Below, piece after piece: positions 57,462 through 64,000 of a stretch of 64,000 bases of DNA. The translations under genes and the position numbers were made by a program. The stretch comes from Schmidtea polychroa (taxonomy: Eukaryota). How positions within the stretch are numbered: position 1 is the first letter of the stretch; each line of letters opens with the position of its first letter. The notes beneath the pieces were generated by a model. That model had not been told where the DNA came from. It worked only from the letters and a program-made list of their open reading frames with translations, and did not search any database. The stretch spans positions 40,178,001 to 40,242,000 of the forward strand of contig CM097885.1 in the NCBI GenBank assembly GCA_044892525.1. Reading direction: 5' to 3'.

Positions 57462-58128
57462 ATGAAAATTTTATCAGTTTTTTTTTCTAATCAATGTTTA
57501 CTATGTAATGTCAGCTACAGTTAATGAAAATAATTGCGAAGGTATTTGGCACTTATTTTTATTATATTTAAAAATTGTTCAGTTTGTGTTAAGTTTGTGA
57601 GACGCCTGAAAGATAGTCTAGATGGAGATGAAAGTACAAATATCGAAAATATTGAAAATAAATTCAAAGAGATGAGCAAAACAAGTAAAGGAAAAGAATA
57701 AAGTCTTGTAAGGTATTATAACTGATTAATATAAAATTGTAATTTATTTTTAGTGTTATTATATTGGAGGATTGGTAACATCTACTACATATATTGTAAA
57801 ACATTTGTCTCAGCCTTTGAGTTGGGTTATGCCCCCTGAAAAAGTCTGAAAAACTAAAAGCAATGGATTCACAAATTTGTGAATTAAAATATGGTATGTT
57901 CAGTTAAGATTTTAAATATTAATTCAACTATTTTTCAGACAAACCTATTGATCTTACTGGTATTAATCTAAACAAAGCTCGCGTTAAAGATCTCAAAAAA
58001 TATTAGAAAGCTGGGGTGAAGAATGTAAAGGTTGTACAGAAAAAAACTGATTTTATCCGATTAATAAATGAAAAATGCCCATTTATGATCCTAAAGCAGC
58101 CAAGCAAAGAAATAAAGCCGATTTGTAG
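57462..58128 (+). pseudogene. MANF: MANF/ARMET-like unprocessed pseudogene (4 exons)
   Basis: Signal peptide, CE|VC, CYYIGG, DSQICELKY|DK.IDL, RVKDLK, WGEECKGC.EK, C-terminal KADL; in-frame stop and frameshifts; 3 short introns. Confidence 0.88.
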
Positions 58129-58264
58129 TTGGAGTTTTTTTTTTGAGTTTTTATTCAGGATGTTGTAATTAAATAAAATATTAAAATTCTTTTTGATCGA
58201 ATATATTTGTGAGAAATAATTTGGAATTATTTAATTGTGGAAATCTAAGATTATAAGATTACCA

Positions 58265-59300
58265 CATATAGGGGAGGGGTCATTTACGAAAATTTATGAA
58301 TTTATATTTTTAAATGAAATATAATTTAACTGTCTATGAATGTGATATAATTTAGTATACTTACGTAAGAGTCAATGGCTACATGATTTGACGGGGGTAG
58401 GTTAAATAAAAAATACAAGTTATATTTTTAAAGGTAATATAAGTTGAACATATCTGAAAACAAATTAAATAAATCCTTTTGGGTAATCATTAATGACTAT
58501 ATGATCTGATGGGAGTCATTTATAAAAATTTACAATTTACATTCTTAAATATAATATAAGTTAAATATATATTATGATAAGCTAATTTAGTATATTTAGG
58601 TAGTGGTTAATGACTATATGATTTTGAGGGGGGTCATTCATAAAAGTTTACAATTTACATTTTTAAATATAATATAAGTTAAATATATTTTATGGAGTTA
58701 AGTTAAATTTATAGTTTATATTTTAAAGCTAATATAATTTTATAATTTATATTTTTAGGTTTATAATTTATTTTTTTTGAAGTTAAATTTATAGTTTATA
58801 TTTTAGAGCTAATATAATTTTATAATTTATACTTTTAAGTTTATAATTTATATTTTGTGAAGTTCAATTTATAGTTTATATTTCTAAAGCTAATATAATT
58901 TTATAATTAATACTTTTAAGTTTACAATTTATATTTTGTGAAGTTAAATTTATGGTTTATGTTTTTAAAGCTAATATAACTTTATAATTTATACTTTTGA
59001 GTTTATAATTTATATTTTATGAAGTTAAGTTAAATTTATAGTTTATATTTTAAAGCTAATATAATTTTATAATTTATATTTTTATGAAGTTAAGATTATA
59101 ATTTGTACTTTTATAATTAACTTAGAGTTATAATTTATAATTTTTATCGTCAATATAAATTTGTAATTTATAATTTTAAGAAGTTAAATTTTTAATTTAT
59201 ACCTTTATAACTAATCATCATTTATATTTTGAAGAAATTAAATCTATAAGTATAATTCATATTTTTATGCAATTGAGGTGATAATTTATACTTTAATGGG
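58265..59300. repeat. AT-rich tandem arrays (~120-bp x4, then ~80-bp x5)
   Basis: gggg-tcatt units at ~58270, 58392, 58511, 58628; agttaaatttatagtttatattttaaagctaatataa units from ~58700. Confidence 0.8.
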
Positions 59301-59349
59301 TTTGCGATTTGTATTTTTACAGTTAGTTTAGAGTCTTGTCAATTTAAAA

Positions 59350-59930
59350 TCCAAGTCTTGCCGATACGCATGTCGAACACCTTTATGAATAATATCACTA
59401 CTAAATCAATCATTTAAATAAAATCTTTACTTTACACTATTACTAGAAAATTTATTTAGGACATTTATAAATCTAGATTCGGCAAACGTATAGGTAGAGT
59501 TAGTTCTTGATGATATTTAACTGTCTACATTAATTGTGAATTGTTATTAGTTTGAGTCTGGAGCTTTACTCCGTTTATCATACCTAGGGTAATGTATTAG
59601 TGTTGATTTTTAGTGTGTACGTTATGTGTATTATGCATGAGAAAAGTCGATTTAAAGAAAGTTGCTTGCTTTCGTGGCCGCACTGTGCTCACTACGGCAA
59701 GCCCTAATGTGTGTGTGATTCGGTAATGTACTACCGTACTATAATATCGATAACGAGTTCCAAGAACTCCGCCGTACCAGAGGTAATTTATCGACGAACC
59801 CAGTGGCCTATACCACTGAGTCGGTACGACCTCCGACGACCCCGCAATGTATAATACAAATAGGTGCATGTGGTGATCTGCGATCGTAAATGATAAAGTT
59901 GAGTGTGCAGGATTGGCTGGGATCTCGCTT
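59350..59930 (-). ncRNA. 5' structured domain (copy B)
   Basis: tcggaggt/acctctgg stem, cagtgg-tatagg-ccactg hairpin, gcttgc-cgta-gtg..cac-gaaa-gcaagc hairpin. Confidence 0.55.
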
Positions 59931-60204
59931 CAAAATCGATGATGACCGACGATCTCACTCAAACCTACACCTCTATAGTTAAATAGAAAGCATGAAAACA
60001 AGGTTTAAATAATAATAATTTATAATTCACAATGAAATCGTCCTTACTCACAATCTCAGAAAATCAAAATCAAAAATTTGGCATAAGAGTAAGCATTAGC
60101 ATTTTCATTTGCATTTTTCTCCTTTTTCTTTTTAAAGTGACGAAATGTGTTAGTTTATATAGCCTCTGTTTGACGTGTAAGTATACATGCGTGCATTGAT
60201 GCAG

Positions 60205-61505
60205 TAAAACAAATTCAGATTATTTTAATTCTCGAACATTCGATTTTTAATTTTTATCGATTTTGATGGCGATTTTTCAGTAGGAATTTTTGTTTTTATA
60301 TTTGGAATTTTGTTTTTGAATTATTTTTTATTAAATTTGCCTCCATGATGAATTTCAGCATTTCCAGAACATTCCATGCTAAATTAAATCTATTTCTTAT
60401 TTTTAAATTGTTTTTTATGATTTCTCTTCTAAACTTTTTATTTTTTAAACTAAAATATTTATTTTTTATAAATTTTATTGGGTCGTTTGGCGGTCAAGAT
60501 GGATTTCGCCATTTTTATGAATTGTTCTGGATTTTTATTCAAAATATCAATATAATTTTCTTTACGTAAGATTTTATGAAGATTTTCTTTAATTTTATTT
60601 TTTAATTTTTACTAATCGCCTTTATTCGAATTTGTTTTTTGTTGTTTTATGTCTTTCGGTTATATTTGAGTAAGTTTTCGTGTAATACTTCTTGCTCGTG
60701 TTTTATTTTATTTTTAATTCAGATGTTTTATTTTTGGGTATATTATCTCTCTATTATCATTGTTTACTTGGTGTTTTATATATTTTTATTTAAGTAAACT
60801 TAATGCTGGGTATGCGTGTTGTGTACTGACACATTTCGTCCCATTCCTAACTTTGGGTTCAGAAATCAGTTCTAGCCCAACAATAGTCTTTAGTCACCAA
60901 TTCGGTGTGCAGTTTGCTGACAATATTGTTGGGCTAGAACTGATTTCAACTCTCAAAAATTAAGACCCAGCATTAAGTTTACTTAAACTAAAACATAAAT
61001 AATAATAAAATAAAACCCAGCAAGAAGTATTGCACAAAAACCTACTCAAATATAATCGAAAAACATAAAACAACAAAAACAAATTCGAATAAAGGCGATT
61101 TGTAAAAATTTCATAAAAATTTCATAAAAATTTCATAAAAATTTACTCAAAGAAAATCATATCAAAATTTCGACTAAAAATCCAGAACTATCTATGAAAA
61201 TGGTGAAATCCATCATGGCCGCCAAACGACCCAAAAAAGTTATAAAAATGAATATTTTAGTTTAAAATATAAATATTTTTAGAAAAGAATACACGAAAAC
61301 AATTAAAAAATAAGAAATAGGTTAAATTTAACATGAAATGTTCTGGAAATGCCCAAATCCATCATGGAGGCAAATTTAATAAAAATTAATTGAAAAATAA
61401 AATTTTGAAAATAAAAACAAAGATTATTACGAAAAAATCGCTATCAAAATTGACAAAAATTAAAAATAGAATGTTCTAGAATAGAAATAATTCGGATTTG
61501 TTTTA
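60205..61505. repeat. ~1.3-kb imperfect palindrome at the centre of the two-armed element
   Basis: gaaatcagttctagcccaacaata / tattgttgggctagaactgatttc around a ~40-nt spacer; arms alignable outwards for ~600 bp. Confidence 0.9.
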
Positions 61506-61533
61506 CTGAACACAAAGACGCACACCAAAAATA

Positions 61534-61648
<115 letters not shown>

Positions 61649-61959
61649 CACATTTTAGTCACTTTTCACTTTTTATGCCAAATTTTTCACACTTCATTGT
61701 ACTGAAAGAAAAGTAAGGATTTTATGTTACTTTTTAACATTTATGTATCCTATCATTTTTTATTTGAAATTCATATTTTTCTGTTATTCTATGCTCTTTT
61801 TGTTTTGTTTATTTCTATCAGCTGGGGTAACTGAGTGCGTACTGTACATTTTACACACAACCTGAGCTAGTCCGGCATCAAATAATTTTATTCATCATCG
61901 TTGTTGGGTCCACAACCCTCGGCGATTGCAGACCCACAGCCTGGAAAATATATGTATGT

Positions 61960-62330
61960 AGTGGAACGAATTTGGGTTCGCCGGAGGTCATGCTGACTTT
62001 GTGGTATAAGCCACGGAGTTAGTAGATAAATCCCTTCTGGAACGACGGGGCTCTATGAGCTCGAGTGGAATTAATTAATCTCGTCATCGTTACAGTGCTT
62101 TTACTATAGTGTTGACCTAACATAACAATAGGGCCTACCGTAACGAGTCTAGTGTGACCGTGAAAGTAGGCAACTTTTAATTAATAGACCATTTCTACAT
62201 TAAAATTACTCACCTAATCTCACACTAAAATTGTTTCACCTACATACCACTAACGACTTACAAACAAGGAATACCCCAGACTCAAAATCACCACAACACA
62301 AATCTTAAGAAATGTAGTCGATTAACTTCT
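61960..62330 (+). ncRNA. 5' structured domain (copy C)
   Basis: ccggagg/ccttctgg stem, tttgtgg-tataag-ccacgga hairpin, gcctac-cgta-acg..cgt-gaaa-gtaggc hairpin. Confidence 0.55.
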
Positions 62331-63134
62331 AAAATTATTAATTTCCTTGCTTTCAGATATACTAAAATAACAGGTAAATCCCTCCCCAAATTTTTCGAAG
62401 GCCCAAATTACCTTAGGAATTTCGAACTTTAATGAATTTAGTAATTATTTATGGATGTACTTAATGCCAATTTTCTCTCCACAAATAGTAACTAAAATTC
62501 AATGTCAACAAAAATAACTTACATGATGAAGTCTATTTACAATATATAAATTTTAATACTTACCATCCACATTTCAGGCAACATTAATTCTTTATACCCC
62601 GAAGCTTGTCAGTAATAGAAAACGTAATTTGCTCTTATAAATTTTTATTTGTAGTAATACGTAGACTTTATACTCAAACTGAATTTTAGGCCAGAACCTT
62701 CGTGAATATAATTTTAAGTTATAAAAATATTTTTTTTGTCTGATTAAATTTACGAGTATCTATAATGTATAAAATTATCAAAACCATAAACTTTTGTAAG
62801 AAAAAATCCCCCACCAATTTATTATTGGGCATTTGACCAAAACTTTTAGGCCCACCCAAACCCATCCTGGTAATCTAATAACATACCCAATCGCACGGTT
62901 GCTGTTCGAGACTAGGAGAGATGGGAGGTGACTGGTTGTTGGGTGCTTGTTGTACGGGGGATGGATGGACTTTGCATTTGATGTATCATAGACTAAGTGT
63001 TAAACCACCCAAGACGTACCAAATTTCCACCATTTGCTATCGGATCATGGTTCGCGATTGAGTTAACAATCGGAAGGTCGGCCTCTGTTGTTTGGTTTTA
63101 AGAACGATGCCAGAAATCCGATGCCAGAGATCCG

Positions 63135-63548
63135 ATGACAACACTAAAAAGGTTTGGTAAAAGTCCTCAGAGCTTAGTAGAATTACTTCATAAAACATTC
63201 GCTAGCACTGGGGCAGAAATCAATGAGTTTTTTATTGCTTTTCAGCTTTTTAACTATCTTGCAGGAACCATTGAGATGTCGAAGGATCTCCGAAATGCAT
63301 GCTGGGATTGTATTGGCTCCAATATTCGAAACATAAGCCGAAATACATATAGATATGCCGATAATCTTATCTCTGGATGTTTTATCATTGAAAACTTGGT
63401 CCGAGAGCATATAGACTTCCTAGATGCATTCGAAGCAGCTATAAAAATATGGCAATCAAACGTAAATTATAATCAAAATTACTTTAATGATGATTATTCC
63501 CATACTTTTATGAATAATAATTCTTTAGAAAAACATGCTTTTTTTTAA
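63135..63548 (+). CDS. Hypothetical ORF in the right arm of the two-armed element, possibly continuing by frameshift (63535-63759) and running off the window
   Basis: 137-aa ORF ending in a T-run; positioned like the ORFs of the 7507-8535 arm. Confidence 0.35.
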   Translation: MTTLKRFGKSPQSLVELLHKTFASTGAEINEFFIAFQLFNYLAGTIEMSKDLRNACWDCIGSNIRNISRNTYRYADNLISGCFIIENLVREHIDFLDAFEAAIKIWQSNVNYNQNYFNDDYSHTFMNNNSLEKHAFF

Positions 63549-64000
63549 GAAAAATGTTAATTTTAAAGAAAATTTTAAAATCAAACTTTATAACGATAAT
63601 AATCTTAAAAACACCCTTGATAAAATAAAATTAAGTAATGAAAATTTTATTAAAAAATACGATTTTAAAATTAAATCCCTAATTAAAAATAATAACGCGA
63701 AAAATTTACCATTTTTTGAAAAAAGCATGTTAATAATTGGTTCTATAATGATTTTATAAATAAAGAATTTTATAAATCTAAAAATAAAAAATCCAGAAAT
63801 AAAAAACTTAAAAAATTAAAGAAAAAACAAAATCTAAGTAATATGTTTGAATATCCTCCAAAAATCAGATCCGATGACAACGCTAAAACTTTTTTTCGTC
63901 CTCCTGACGAGGACGAAAAAAGTAGACGCAGCTCGCCGGCCTCCGGCCGACTCACGGAAAATGTTAAAGCGTCTGCCGATAGTACAAACGTCAAAAGTAA

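Overview
AT-rich, repeat-dense eukaryotic genomic DNA with short GT-AG introns of about 40-70 nt. An invertebrate such as a planarian is plausible, but this is inference only. Main contents: (1) A structurally complete 16.2-kb Polinton/Maverick (12510-28706) with AGTAGT termini, 6-bp TSD ACCCAC and ~1.06-kb TIRs. It carries pPolB, integrase, ATPase, major and minor capsid, adenain-like protease and core-like proteins. Unusual extras are a TBP-like gene, a RING protein, a possible SSB and at least nine predicted introns. (2) A host NSUN7-like gene on the minus strand (8 exons read by hand) whose motif VI catalytic Cys reads His. (3) A nested transposon graveyard: piggyBac>hAT>piggyBac MITE; Penelope with an inverted pLTR and hammerhead-like motifs >Tigger and >Gypsy>hAT MITE; an actin pseudogene. 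(4) An unclassified two-armed, divergently oriented element family at <1-8947 and 56435->64000. Its arms carry 5' and 3' structured domains with compensatory base changes, a tRNA-like 7-bp stem + ACCA terminus, AT-hook and coiled-coil ORFs, AT-rich tandem arrays and a captured intron-containing MANF pseudogene. All assignments come from manual reading and motif recognition; no searches were run.
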